Source of the DNA: the human T2T-CHM13v2.0 reference genome, Homo sapiens
NCBI RefSeq assembly: GCF_009914755.1
Contig: NC_060926.1
Reading direction: 5' to 3' (one strand)
Length of the DNA stretch: 64,000 nucleotides
Made by a program: the position numbers and the translations under genes. Every line of letters starts with the position of its first letter. Position 1 is the first letter of the stretch. The notes beneath the pieces were generated by a model. That model ran no database searches. It was not told the DNA's origin and saw only the letters and a program-made list of their open reading frames with translations. Positions 11,632 to 25,989 of the stretch are shown piece by piece.

Positions 11632-13843
11632 TATATTAGTCCATTTTCACGCTGCTGATAAAAACATACCCAAGACTGGGCAATTTACGAAAGAAAGGAG
11701 TTTATTGGACTTACAGTTCCACATGGCTGGGGAGGCCTCACAATCATGGTGGAAGGCAAGGAGGAGCAAGTCACATCTTACATGGATGGCAGCAAAGAGA
11801 GCTTGTGCAGGGCAACTCCCATTTTTAAAACCATCAGATCTTGTGAGACCCATTCACTATCACAAGAGCAGCACAGGAAAGATCCGCACCCATAATTCAA
11901 CCATCTCCCACCAGGTCCATCCCATAACATGTGGAAATTATGGGAACTACAAAATGAAACTTGAGTGGGGACATAGTGCCAAACCATATCATTTTTCCCC
12001 GGCCCCTCCCAAATATCATATCTTCACATTTCAAAACCAATCATTCCTTCCCAACAGTCTCCCAAAATCTCAACTCATTTCAGCATTAACTCAAAAGTCC
12101 ACAGTGCAAAGTCCCATTCAAGGCAAGGCAAGTCCCTTCTGTCTATGAGCCTGTAAAATCATAAGCAAGTTAGTTACTTCCTAGATACAATGGAGGTACA
12201 GGCATTGAGTAAATACAGCCATTCGAAATGGGAAAACTTGGCCAAAACAAAGAGGTACAGGCCCCATGCAAGTCTGAAATCCAGTGGGGCAGTCAAATCT
12301 TAAAGCTCCAACATGATCTCCTTTGACTCCATGTCTCACGTCCAGGTCACACTAATGTAAGATGTGGGTTCCCATGGAACCCATGGGTTCTTGGGCCACT
12401 CTGCTCCTGCGGCTTTGCAGGGTACTGCCTCTCTCCTGGCTGCTTTCACAGGCTGACATTGAGTGTCTGCAGCTTTTCCAGGCCCATGTTGCAAGCTGTA
12501 GGTGGGGCTACCATTCTGCGGTATGGAGGATGGTGGCCCTCTTTTCACAGCCCCACAAGGCAGTGCCCCAGTGGGGACTCTGTATGGGGTCTCCAACCAC
12601 ACATTTCCCTTCTGCACTGCTCTAGCAGAGGTTCTGCATGAGCACCCCGCCCCTGCAGCAAACTTCTGCCTGGTCATCCAGGTGTTTCCATACATCCTCT
12701 GAAATCTAGGAGGAGGTTCCCAAACCTCAATTCTTGACTTCTGTGCACCCGCAAGCTCAGCAGCATATGGAAACTGCCAAAATTTGGGGCCTCCACCCTC
12801 TGAAGCAACAGCCCAAGCTATATTTTGGCCCCTTTTAGCCATGGCTGGAGCAGCCAGAAAGCAGGGTACCAAGTTGCTAGGCTGCACAGAGCAGGGGGCC
12901 CTGGCCTGGCCCATGAAACCATCTTTTCCTCCTAGGGCTCCTAGCCTGGGATGGGTTGGGCTGCTGGGAAGACCTCTGACATGCCCTGGAGACATTTTCC
13001 CCTTTGTCTTGGTGATTAACATTTGTCTCCTTGTTAATTCTGCAAATTTCTACAGCTGCCTTGAATTTCTCCTCAGAAAATGGGATTTTCTTTTCTACTG
13101 CATTATCAGGCTGCAATTTTTCCAAACCTTTTTGCTCTGCTTCCCTTATAAAACTGAATGCCTTTAACAGCACCCAAGTCACCTCTTGCATGCTTTGCTG
13201 CTTAGAAATTTCTCCCACCAGATACCTTAAATCATCTTTCTCAAGTTCAAAGTTCCACAAATCTCTAGGGCAGGGGCAAAATGCCACGAATCTCTTTGCT
13301 AAACCACAACAAGAGTCACCTTAGCTCCAGTTTCTAATGAGTTCCTCATCTCCATCTGAGACCATGTCAGCCTGGACCTTATTGTTCATTCACTATTAGC
13401 ATTTTTGTTAAAGCCATTCAATGAGTCTCTAGGAAGTCCTAAACTTTCCCATGTTTTCCTGTCTTCTGAGCCCTCCAAACTGTTAACAACCTTGCCTGTT
13501 ACCCAGTTCCAAAGTCACTTCCACATTTTTGGTTATCTTTTCAGCAACACCCACTCTACTGGTACCAGTTTTCTATATTAGTCCATTTTCATACTGGTGA
13601 GAGGCAAGGAGGAGCAAATCACATCTTATGTGGATTGCAGCAGGCAAAGAGAGCTTGTACAGGGCAACTCCCGTTTTTAAAACCATCAAATCTTGTGAGA
13701 CCCATTCACTATCATGAGAACAGCACAGGAAACACCCACCTCCATTATTCAATCATCTCTCACTGGCTCCTTCCCACAACCTGTGGGAATTATGGGAGCT
13801 ACAAGATGAGAGTTGGGTGGGGACACAGAGCCAAACCATATCA
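11632..13843 (-). mobile_element. Full-length THE1 (THE1A-like) MaLR provirus: 3' LTR 11632-11991, internal 11992-13573, internally deleted 5' LTR 13574-13843
   Basis: Two direct LTR copies (tatattagtccattttca...ccaaaccatatca) flank a ~1.6-kb THE1-int; TSD tttat/cttat (4 of 5). Confidence 0.95.
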
Positions 13844-15912
13844 CTTATTTTGTATAAATAAACTTCGTTCTAAGGTAACATTCTATTTAAGCAAAGTATA
13901 GCTTTCACTATATGAAAATCTTACACTGTTTTGTTTGAAAAATCACATACTTTTATAGTGATCTGTTTATATTCACCTGCTATAATGACAAAGGAACAAA
14001 AGGAATGTCTGCAAGTATTTTATTTGTGATGTAATGAAACTCCAGATTCAGTGCAGTTATTCCAACAACGCACAAATGCTAACATTTAAAAGTTAAGTGC
14101 TGAATGATTATAAACCTCATGCTATTTTGATACTGTTACTTGAAAAGTAATACGAAAGGGTCCTTGAATATCTATAGAATGATACCAGAAAATCCAATAT
14201 TTGTGTAAAATGTTATAGGATCAGCTGTTTAAACAGTAGCCTGATTAAATATCAATACATGTTTTGAAAGCATTGTAAATTTTACTCTATTATTATCTCA
14301 GAACATAATTTTCAACTGGTAAACAGATTTTTTTAGAAAGCAACCAAATTATAGTGTACTGTGTCCTTGTCCCAAAATCTATGGTGTTCTACCAAAACAT
14401 ACTATGGAAAATAGCAAGCGCTTATCCTGCCTTGTCCTATGCACCAAAGATCTTAAGGGTCACTTATATGGTTTTAAAATAACTTCATTCCAATCAGGCA
14501 AAAGAATTTGTCTTTTCTTACTTTTACTCTTTACAAAACTTAAGTTCTCTCCATTAAGCATTGTCAAAAACAAATCACATATTAATATGACAAAATAAAA
14601 ACTCTGAAAAAACATCTTATGGATGAAAACTTTTCTTCCTCTTGTCTAAACATTTTCTTGATTTACCATAAACTTATCTTGATTTCTTACAAGGTTATTA
14701 TAAATGACAATTTATAACAATTTATAATAACCTTGTAAGAAATTTTTTAAAAAAACTTTGGTCTTGTGAATTGTTATTTAAAAAGAAGACATCCTTAAAT
14801 TATAGTTCTTTTAGGTTTAGGACATGGTATTATTGTCTTCTTTATTTAATTTGAAGCTTTTTGACTTAGACAAAATAGTAATTCAAATATGTATGATTAT
14901 AAGATCTTCCATTGTAAAACTTGTATCTTACACATATTTTGTAACATCCTTATAATACTGAAATACTAGTCTGACAACTAGTAGTGAGTCGGTAATTATT
15001 TGACACATATATCAACATGATTCAGAAACTGCTAATACATCTTATATGAAAATGACCATTATAAAAGTGAAAATTTGCAACAGAAATATTCTTTCTCTTT
15101 TTTATAATTTTTCTATTTGATTTTCACTTCGCTTCTGAGAGATATCATATTATGAATATCTATTAGTAGTATAAACTCTGAAATTTTATTCAGTCAACTC
15201 TGGTTGATATAAATAGATAAGTAAATGTGTAAATGGACTTTCAGAGCAGTGATAAGGGATTGAGGATGAATTTTTTTTCATTATTGATACTAAACTGAAA
15301 ATCAATAGTGTTTTTTGCCCAGAGAGAAACAAAATTAAATCAATTTCAAGACTAAATTGGTATTTATCTTTTTTCAGTTCTGAAGAACTGATTTTAATTT
15401 TACTCATAAGAGAAATTTATTTTCTTATAATAAATTGTTTTCCAACTTGCACCCACCAGCCCCCTGACCTTCAATCATCCTAATAATACTAGAAGATACA
15501 AAATGTAAACCAGACTTATTTTTATACTAGTTAGCTTTGATATATACATAGTGTTAGAATCCTAGGAGAGATATTGTGAGTATTCATATTTTAATGTAAC
15601 ATGTAAATATTTTATAAAGATATATTTAAAAATTGATTTAGTGTTTCTATACCATTTTGATGTTCTTCTGCAAAAAAAACAGCAAAAAAAAAAAAAAGAA
15701 AAATGAAAAAAATTAGTGTACTCACCAGACTGCCAAGAATTCTACTTATGAATCTATGCAATGCTTCTAATTTCTAATGGATTGCTTTTGTAACTTTTGG
15801 AGTATTGCCATTGAGTTTTTGACAATTGAGAAATTGACAATAAATTTCCCTTAATTTATTGTCAGATGGTTTCTAGTGGATTTATCTTAGCGGTTTGCTG
15901 AACTTCCCCCAG

Positions 15913-16030
15913 AAACCTGCTCGGAAGTCACCTGAGCCTTAGCCAGCAGAGGACTCTTTTGATCCATGTCCTTAGGCTGTTGAGCTCAGCTCAGGGAATT
16001 GCTCCATCCAGACCACCACAGCTCTTCCAG
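15913..16030 (+). other. Candidate non-coding exon
   Basis: cttcccccag| acceptor and ccag|gtaaga donor; splice motifs only, no transcript evidence. Confidence 0.2.
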
Positions 16031-16954
16031 GTAAGACCATTCTACTGCCAAAGAGTTGCTGGACCTCTCCCAGCACATTGGCAAACTCTGACTCCTGGAC
16101 TGGTCCCAGTGAACTGGCAGAGTATAATCAGTTGGCTGCTGCTGGTGGAAATGTGGCCCACACTACTCAAAAGATGACACCTTCTTCTTATGAGGCAATT
16201 TGGTGATGCAGGGAAAATAATGTAGTCATGGTTATAACAAAATAGTGCTTAGCCTGGGGAAAGCAATTGCTCACTACAAATCTTAATAAAACCACAAACA
16301 AATTTACAAATTAGAGCTGAATTACAGATACTGCATTACATTTTTTCTTTCCTATTCATTTTTTTTCTAGGGAATTTGTCTAGAATTTTAGTCCACAATT
16401 CTATCACCAAAACACATCTTATCATTTTAGATTTTTTTTTTTGGTGAATATGGAGTTACAATTGAAGTGAACACTTTTTACTAGTATTGTTTCTACATTT
16501 CCACAGATTTATTAATTAGTAAAATAGAATCTCCACAATTTTATTTTAGTTTGATTAAAATAATTTTAAACAAGCCTTTAGTAAGCATGAGTTGGGCATT
16601 TTCTAAAAGTCCTGGGCCGGAACAATTCACTATTCCCTGGAGTTTCCTAGTAAGTTATCTGAACAGATCCTGAGACAATTTAATTAAACAGGATACTTAA
16701 TAGGTCAAATAACTAAATCCTCTTTATGTCCATTTTCAGAGGCAAGAATGCTGATACTACCCAACAACTCTACCTTCTCTAGATCCCTCTATTTTTTTAC
16801 TTGAAAACTAGTAATAAAAATACTATGATAAATATAAAAGAAATCCAACAACCTATTACCACTACCTATAATTTGAAGATTTATCTTTGGTGTCAATCCA
16901 TATTACTTTGGGGTTTCAAACCCATAAATAGTCCCAATAATATGTACTATTGGT

Positions 16955-17200
16955 ATTTAAGTTTTAACTTTTTATTTTTACAGTATTTCAGACTTATAGA
17001 AAAGTTCTGAGAATAACAGAGAATTCTCTTAGACCCCTTACCCAGATTTCCCAAATATTAGCTTTACATTTTCTTCACAATTCTCTTTCTGTCTCTCTAA
17101 AATATATGCACGTTATTTCCTTTTAACATTTTCAAAGTAAATTGCAGATGGATCCCTTTACCCATAAATACTTCTATTTGTTTTTCTTAAGAGCAAGGTC
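16955..17200 (-). mobile_element. L1MC-type 3' end fragment
   Basis: ttttaactttttattttt...tttcagacttatagaaaagtt...ttacccagatttcccaaat. Confidence 0.6.
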
Positions 17201-17349
17201 AGTCATCAATTGGCAGACTTTATAGTAATAATTATTGCAGACAAAAATCGCAAATGGATGGTAAATTAGTAGGCAAAAGTATGATGAGAAACAGGATATA
17301 TGCATATAAGACCATAGAGTCTCAGAATATCTATCTCTCCATCAAAGAT

Positions 17350-18500
<1,151 letters not shown>

Positions 18501-18509
18501 GAAATAAGG

Positions 18510-18990
18510 ATTTTTTTTTCACCGGAGAAAGCTGACAGACACCACCTTCACCAAGTGACCAAAAGTCGTATCTCCTACGATGACTAACATTGATCATGTA
18601 CCTCCTCATATGGTATACTAGAGATGGCACAACATCTCTTCTGCATTATTCTCACCAAAAATGCTTGAACTTTAATTTAATCATGAGAAAACATCTGATG
18701 ACCCCAATTTAAGGGGTAGTCTGCAAAATAACTGGCCAGGACTATTCATCAACATGAGACACTGAAGGAGACTTCACATCTGCAGACACAACTAAGTGCA
18801 CGTGGGATCTTGGGTTGTATTTTGGACCAGAAAAGCGATTTAAATAGGAACATTGATAAAATTTGATTAAGGTCTGTAGATTAGTTAATAGTTGTATCTA
18901 TGTTAATTTTCTCATTTAGAAAATAATGTATTTAGGTAAGATGCTATCATCATGTAAAGGTGGGCGAAGGACTTGTAGGAATTCTATTAT
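18510..18990 (+). mobile_element. L1MC4-like 3' fragment (probably continuous with ~17260-17345 before the MER21 insertion)
   Basis: ggagaaagctgacagacaccaccttcaccaagtgacc...ctgcaaaataactggcc...ggtctgtagattagttaatagt. Confidence 0.65.
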
Positions 18991-19014
18991 TTCTTTCTAC
19001 TCATTTTTTTTCTG

Positions 19015-19205
19015 GCTCCTAATTCTCCACACTTTGTAACCTTGAGTATGTTATTTAATTTATCTGATTCTCAGTTTTTTCAAGTGGAAAATGGGAAATT
19101 TAATACCTATTTTGTAGTTTTTAAAAATTGTGATAAAATGCAATAATATATTTGAAGCACCTACCAGAGTCCTGGAACAAACTAGGGCCTCAACAAATGT
19201 GCTTT
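19015..19205 (+). mobile_element. MIR
   Basis: tgtaaccttgagtatgttatttaa...ctcagttttttcaagtggaaaatggg. Confidence 0.65.
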
Positions 19206-20034
19206 TTCCTTTCAGTTCCCAAAGTCAAAGCCTTATCATGTGAGGGCCAGTCTCATGCATCTGCGGAGTAGACTGTAACTCACATGACATGATTTGCCAT
19301 CTTCTCAAACATATCAGCCTCCGAATCCCCAGGAATTTCCTTCTACGACTCATCCCTTCATGCTTATGCATTCCACATCCCACCATGTTCTATTAAGACA
19401 CACATGCATTACCTGAGTAAAGGGCCAACACAATTCATTATCATTTTTTGGTTTATGTAATGATCAGATTATCTGGGCATGGGATTTGGTGAAGAGTTTG
19501 AAGAGGGCAGGCCTGGAAAGAACCTCTAGTGGTTACTTGAGCAGACAGGTGATCCTTCCAGTCCCTGAGGACCCGGAAGACAGAAAGATCCTCAAAACCA
19601 AGTTAGATGTGCAGAAAGAAGGATGAGAAAGAACCAATATTAGATTCTGAAGAGTTTTTACATTTGTCTGGACTAACATGAGCGTGACCCAAGATTTTGT
19701 GTACTTTCCTTTTTTCTTTCCTAAAAGTAAAAATTGCTGTCCTTTTCAGTGAACACTTCTGCTTTCTCCTAGGTGCTCTAAGCTAGATATGAAGGTGAGG
19801 CCTAGAGTAGAATGTGACTAAGGAAAAACACTAGGGAATTATGAGAAAGCACCATCTACCCTGGTCCAAACATTAGGCTACAGGGTGTATGATGTGTTGA
19901 CTCTCATAGAATCTACTGCTCATAATTGCACTCTGTCATTAATTTTTTTGTTTTGCCAGCCGTAAGCCTTTTCTGCACAATTATTTTTATAATTTTAGAG
20001 CCTAGAACAGTGAATGACACTTAAGTTAGGTGGA

Positions 20035-20519
20035 TGTGATGGTTAATTTTATGGGCCATGGGGTGCCCAGATACTTGGTCAGGCATTATTCTGGGTATTT
20101 CTTTGTGGGTGTTTTTAGGTGTTATTAACATTTGAATCAGTTACCTGCATAAAACTGATTGTCCTCCCTAATGTTGGTGGGCCTTGTCCAATCAGTTGAT
20201 AGCCTGAATAGAAAAAAAGGTTGACTGACTCCTCCAAGTAGGAGACAGCTCTTCCTGCCTGACTGCCTTCAAACTGGGACACTAGCTTTTTCTTGCCTTC
20301 AGATTTAAACTGAAACATTGCCTCTTCCTGGGTCTTGAACATGCCAGCCTTCAGCCTGTAACTACACCATTGGCTCTTCTGGGTCTCCAGCTTGTCAACT
20401 CACCCTGTAGGTCTTAGGACTTGTCAGCCTCCATAATTGGGTAAGACAATCTTTATGATAAATCTCTTTAAATACACACACATACAGAGACACACACACA
20501 CACTCATCCCATCTGTTTT

Positions 20520-20553
<34 letters not shown>

Positions 20554-20590
20554 TCCTATTTGTTTTGCTTCTCTGGAGAACTCTAATACA
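20035..20590 (+). mobile_element. MLT2 (ERVL) solo LTR with (CA)n, inserted in an L2 3' end
   Basis: tgtgatggttaattttatg...ctctggagaactctaataca; TSD gtgga/gtggt. Confidence 0.9.
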
Positions 20591-23162
20591 GTGGTCAATG
20601 ATTTTTTGTTGTTGTTCTTCAATCAATGAATGAAAAAGTAAATCAGGCAAGGTAAAGTCACCTCATCGGCAAATGGTCTGAGGTAAAATGGCCAGTGGAT
20701 GGTAGAAGTGGGATTTGAAGCAAGGAAGTCTGAGGCCAAAACTTAACTATTCAGCCACTGAAATAAAGGACTTAAAAAAAGTGGAACCTATGGTCTTATC
20801 TCACCAGGATCTTAAAATACAGGACATAAAAATACTAGAAATCCAATTTTGAAACTTCATAAAACAGGGTGAAAATACACTGTCAACTAATTATGTGTAT
20901 TTTCCGGACCAGGAAGGAGCCTTTCCTGATTGCCTGTTAGTGTGCAGGTGCTTCATATTTATCCCCTAGCCCTCCCCACACTCCTTCCTGCACTACACTA
21001 GAGAGTCGGGCACTCTCAGTGGCAGGTAGGGTGCTCAGGAGCTGTCCTCCTCAGAGCCCGCATCACATTTTATTACAGGGAGTCCTTTCTAATTCATAAT
21101 CTATGTCTAGTGGATTGAAACCCCTTGAGGGCAGGCACCATTCATGTTTGTAGATCTAGTGCCTAGTGGAGTGAAATTAATTTGCAAAATGAATAAATTA
21201 ACTAGATATTACACCTACCTTTACCACTGAGGAATAGTTAAAAGTAGAAAAATAAACAGAAAGGCTATGGGTTTTGTTCAAGTGACATGGTGAGTACCCC
21301 AGGGAATGAACAACGATCATGGGCCTGTTTGCATCTGCATCTTGTGATCTTCAGGTGAACTTAAGCAAGATGAAAACAATGTGGTGAGGTGAAGTAGAAG
21401 CCTGTGTCAGGGCTGAAAGAAGTGGGTGGCGTAAAGTCATAAAAGTTCCTTATTCTAACTGAAAAAAAATAAAAACAGGCTTTTTGCTTTTTGGGGGGTT
21501 TGTTTTTGTTTTTGTTTTAACCTCAGGGACATGAAGAGCAAGAAATGGAAACAAGCGAGCCCCACAGAGAGTTCGGATTAATGTGCAGTAATTGCATCAC
21601 TGATATCTGTGTCCAGTCACAGTTGGCATTCAAGATTCTGTTGACTTTTACTGTTGAAGGCTTCCTTTAAGGGAAGCAAACACAAATAAAAAGGCTGCCT
21701 CTCCACTGTAGCAAAGCTAAGTAAGATCACTGTCCAACCCAGGATATCCAAATTCATGGTCAAAAATCCAAAAGGTAATGTGGTGAGTTTCATGTTTAAA
21801 TTTACTCTTGGTGATTGGCGTGGAGCCTCCTTTTCCATGTCGGATTAACTAGAGGTTCACCCTGGTCCTCCTGGGCCCTCATACTTCCCCACAGGGCTCA
21901 TCCAGCGCTTCTGGAGCAGCAGGGAAGCTTTGCCACAGGATCCAGCATCTCAGGGCACAGTATCTTGCATGGCTGACTTGATCTCACTTTCTTCCTCGGA
22001 GCAGCTGTGTGGCAATTCAGAGGTGAAGAGGCAGATAATTGGACAGTGGAATTGAGTCCTGTGTGATACAGAGCTAAAAAAGAAATTCCTTCAGTATCAA
22101 CAGCAGTGTGGAAAGAACCCAACAAACAAAACTCTGTATGTACAGCAAATGAAGCCAAAGGGTGGCTTGAGAACAGTGGAGTTCTGCTTGGATGTGACGA
22201 GACCACCAGCCAGAAAGCTCAGAGGCATTACTCATGATGCAAGGCTGCTGTCAAGTAATGATTTAACTTAAAAATGCCATCTATTCTTTTCCCTACCTGC
22301 CTACTCAGTACATTGCAAATTAACATGAAAAGTGACTTCAGCACAAATTGTTTAATTTGTTTTTGTCAGGGTAAGTAGTTTTTAATTTCTGCAGAAAATT
22401 TCAGTAAAAGAAAAATATTTTCTGAATTCTGACTCTCTGGAGTGATCATGTATGTTGCCTAAGTTCACAGATAAATTCTTGACCTTCTACCTAGTTCATT
22501 TGTGCCGCATCAAAAACAATACTTATTGCACCTTAAGTCAGCCAAACACAAACAGAAGTCTGGCACACTGAATAGCCATGTATTTAGAATCCCTGGATAA
22601 TGGGAGAGCAGAGTATATTTGTTAAGCCATATTTATAGAATTTACCTTACAAATCAAATGATAATTGTTATAAGTGTTCTGTGGGCAAGGCATTGTGCTA
22701 GGCACTGTGGAATATATGAGATAGAATTTCACAATATCTGACTCAATATTTTTTCTGATTTATTAATCAAATTTCATTTGTTGTTGGAGAAGCCTAGTTA
22801 ATTTAAAGCAAAATTAATCACAAATTTACAAAATTGATCAGACTCTATCTTGTCCAAAGATGAAAAATACTAATATTCCAGTATTGGTGTCATTGTTGAG
22901 AAGTAAACACACAAAAATGGAAAACAAAACAAAAACGCAGCTCGTTTAATATGCTGCTTAATTTAATCCCAAAATGTAATTTATTAGATAAACTTTAATA
23001 ATGAGCCCTTTCTTCCTAGAACTTGGTACCAAATTTTATATACGCATTTTCAACATTGTACATATACATTTTCAACATTGACTTCTCACATGACAACATG
23101 AGGCTTTAAAATACCCTGATGGACCCACAAACTGTAGTATGCCAAAACCACACAAAATAGAT

Positions 23163-23656
23163 GTATTTGTTTTTATCACTTCCTTAACAAATTACCAGGA
23201 ATTTAGTGGCTTAGAACAACACGCTTTTATTATCTCACATTTTTGTAGGTCAGAAGTCTGACATGGGTCACACAGGGCTAAAATGAAGGTGTTGTCAGGG
23301 CTGCCTTCCTTTCTGGAGCTTCTGGGACAGCATCCGTGTTTCGTCCTTTCTTATTTCTAGAGGGCTTGCATTCTTGGCTTGTGTCACTTTCCCTCCATCT
23401 TCAAAGCCAGCAGTGTCACAGCTCTTTCATGCTTCAGCTCGTTACATCCCCCTCTGATCACAGCATGGAAATGTTCTCGCTTTTAACAACTCATTCAATT
23501 AGAGTGGACCCACCTGGATAATCCAGGATACTCTCTCGATTCCAAGGATCCTACCCACAACCACATCTGCAGTCTCCTTTGCCATGTACACATTCACAGG
23601 TCCCAGGGAGGAGGACACAGACATCTTTGAGAGGGGCCCTTAGGCTGCCTACCGCA
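23163..23656 (-). mobile_element. MLT1 (C/D-like) solo LTR
   Basis: aacaaattaccaggaatttagtggcttagaacaac...ttattatctcaca...cacctggataatccaggata...ctgcctaccgca. Confidence 0.85.
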
Positions 23657-25224
23657 GTAAAGCTTTTTGTTTTTTGTGATAGAATTTTAAGTTCTAACGC
23701 ATACACATGACTCTCTGCTATTTCAACTCATTTTTATTGATTCATTCATTCATTCATTCCTTCATTCACATATTTAGGAAACATTAACAAAACATCTATT
23801 ATAAGTAACATACAACTGCAGATACAGACAAATTAGTTTAGTGACTCTTGCCTGTTCTGACCTTTGGTTTTCTATCTCCAGGCTTGTGTTGGAATTGTTC
23901 CCTCTGCGAGAGATACCACCTTTTGTCTAACACACATAAGTTCCCAAATAAATTTGTCAAGACTCATTTCAAATACTGCCTCCTCTATAAACCCTCACTC
24001 CCCTGCTTTTTTTTTTTTTTTTAATAATCCCAGCTGGAAGCAATCTCATCTCAACTTTTATAATACTTGCTTTTACAATTTAATGACATTTTAGCTTGTT
24101 TGTAGTTATTTGTATATATTCCTTTCTTTTCTTAAGGATCATAAATTCCTTTAGATCACGGACCATTCACATCTTAATACAGGAGGAACCAAGCATAGCA
24201 ATCGGCATATACTGACATACTATTGATGTGGAAACTTTCTTTGCATAAATATATTTGTTTATTCTTGATACTGTAGAAGATACATTAAAATAATTTAGTT
24301 TAGTTCCAACATTTTACCATATTTCTACAGGAATAAAAATTGAACAAAGAACAACAAAGTAAATTAATTGGAATTTAAGGCCCTCATAGTAAGAAAAACC
24401 GTGTGATCTGCCAATTTATGAAGCCAAAATGGAGAATTATGGAGAAATTTCCCTGCAGATCTCTTGCTGCTGCCAAAGCCAACAGCCAAGATGAGGTTTA
24501 TAGTCACTCATATTTTTCAACGATGTGTCTCACATTGCCAATACAGAAATGCCTCTTCTGTGACCTTGAAAATGGTCTCTTTATCAGTTTCCCACCTAGT
24601 AAAATTACATTCTTTTCTTTTACAGTAAGTTTTCACCCAAATCTCTAAAATACATTTCTATTGGTGGAAAAACACCATACATTTTTTTCCTCTTCTAAAT
24701 CAGAAAACTGAAGCAATAATGAGGTGGGGGCTGTCTTTCAGACGTGTACTCTATACAAATTGCATTTGAAGGATCTCTGTGAACAACCATTCCCATTCAC
24801 ATTCATTCTAACACTTGTCTCTGCTTTGCTCACCTGTTGAAGATTGTTCATGTCATGTGTTCTGTTTTCTTGAATATCATTTTGAGTAAATTATGCACTT
24901 TTATCCACTTAAGAACATTTATGTGGGTGTCCATTATTTTTTTCAAAATGTGTGTCTAAATAAGGCATATTTTAAAATTTAAATTCCACCCTTAATTTAA
25001 GAAAACAGTTAATTGTCCGACGTTGACTCATATTTTTATTCTTGCTTAATTGAAAATGTATCCTGCTAAGGTTTTGCCAAGGCAAATAGTTTCATTTTGA
25101 TAACAAACTAAGAATTTAGAAAAAGTTCAGGATACTGGGCAGTAATGGCTGTCTAGATCCATATTTGAAGATCATTTTTGGAAACTCAAATCAAAAAGAA
25201 ATTAACCTTTGGACTTTGGTGTCA

Positions 25225-25420
25225 GACTTATTTTTGGCTCACATACTACCTCTGCCACTAACACTAAATATGCATCCTTTAACTGTTTATTCTTCAGTTC
25301 CCTGATTTGGAAAATAGAAATAATAAGATCCTACCTCATAGAAATGTAAAGAGCCAATGAATTAATGTAGGAAAAGTGCTTAGATAGTGCCTGACACACA
25401 GGACTAATTAAACTGTAGGT
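25225..25420 (+). mobile_element. MIR
   Basis: cagttccctgatttggaaaatag...ctacctcataga...aaagtgcttagatagtgcctgacaca. Confidence 0.7.
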
Positions 25421-25989
25421 ACTATTTCATCTTGCCGATAAAACAATGCCTTTCTTTGTCAAATAAAATATTTTCAAATGGCAACAAATTAAATGAAAAT
25501 ATATTTACCAAATTTGAACTATCTTGCTATTGATTAGATTTATGAACAAATGTATTGGAAGATATGTTTTGGATTGGTTTTCATTTTAGACAGGGAGATA
25601 ATTTTACTTATTACAAGGAAGTAAAACAAGTAACAAAATTAACCTGGATTCAGAAAAAAGCCATGCACAGACATCTTGATTTTTCATTATAGGTACAAAT
25701 ACTCATAATGAAACTCCCAGCTCTGCACAAACGTTTTAATGTTATACTCTTAAATGGATCATATTAGTGAAACACCATCAATAACAACAAATTTAAAGAC
25801 AACCAATTTGCTTTATCAATATGAAGTTGATAAGGTGTCTTTGATCTTTTAGATGTCTGTACCATTACTTTTTTTAAAAAGTTAATGAAATATATCCCCT
25901 CTTAAGAAGGAAAAAAAAACAAAACCCTGTTCCTTGATAAGAAAAAAAAAAAAAAAAGAAGAACCCAACAACTCCAGTTTTTATGTTGT

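Noticed and set aside
12336-13022. Longest ORF (228 aa, minus) and overlapping ORFs
   Set aside because: Wholly inside THE1 internal sequence; repeat-derived, no evidence of a host gene
11885-13760. Possible DUX4 sites in the THE1 LTRs
   Set aside because: The positions read taattcaacca and ttattcaatca rather than TGATTCAATTA; degenerate
21895-22370. Acceptor cttccccacag with distant gtaagt donor
   Set aside because: Implied 476-nt internal exon, no coding signal
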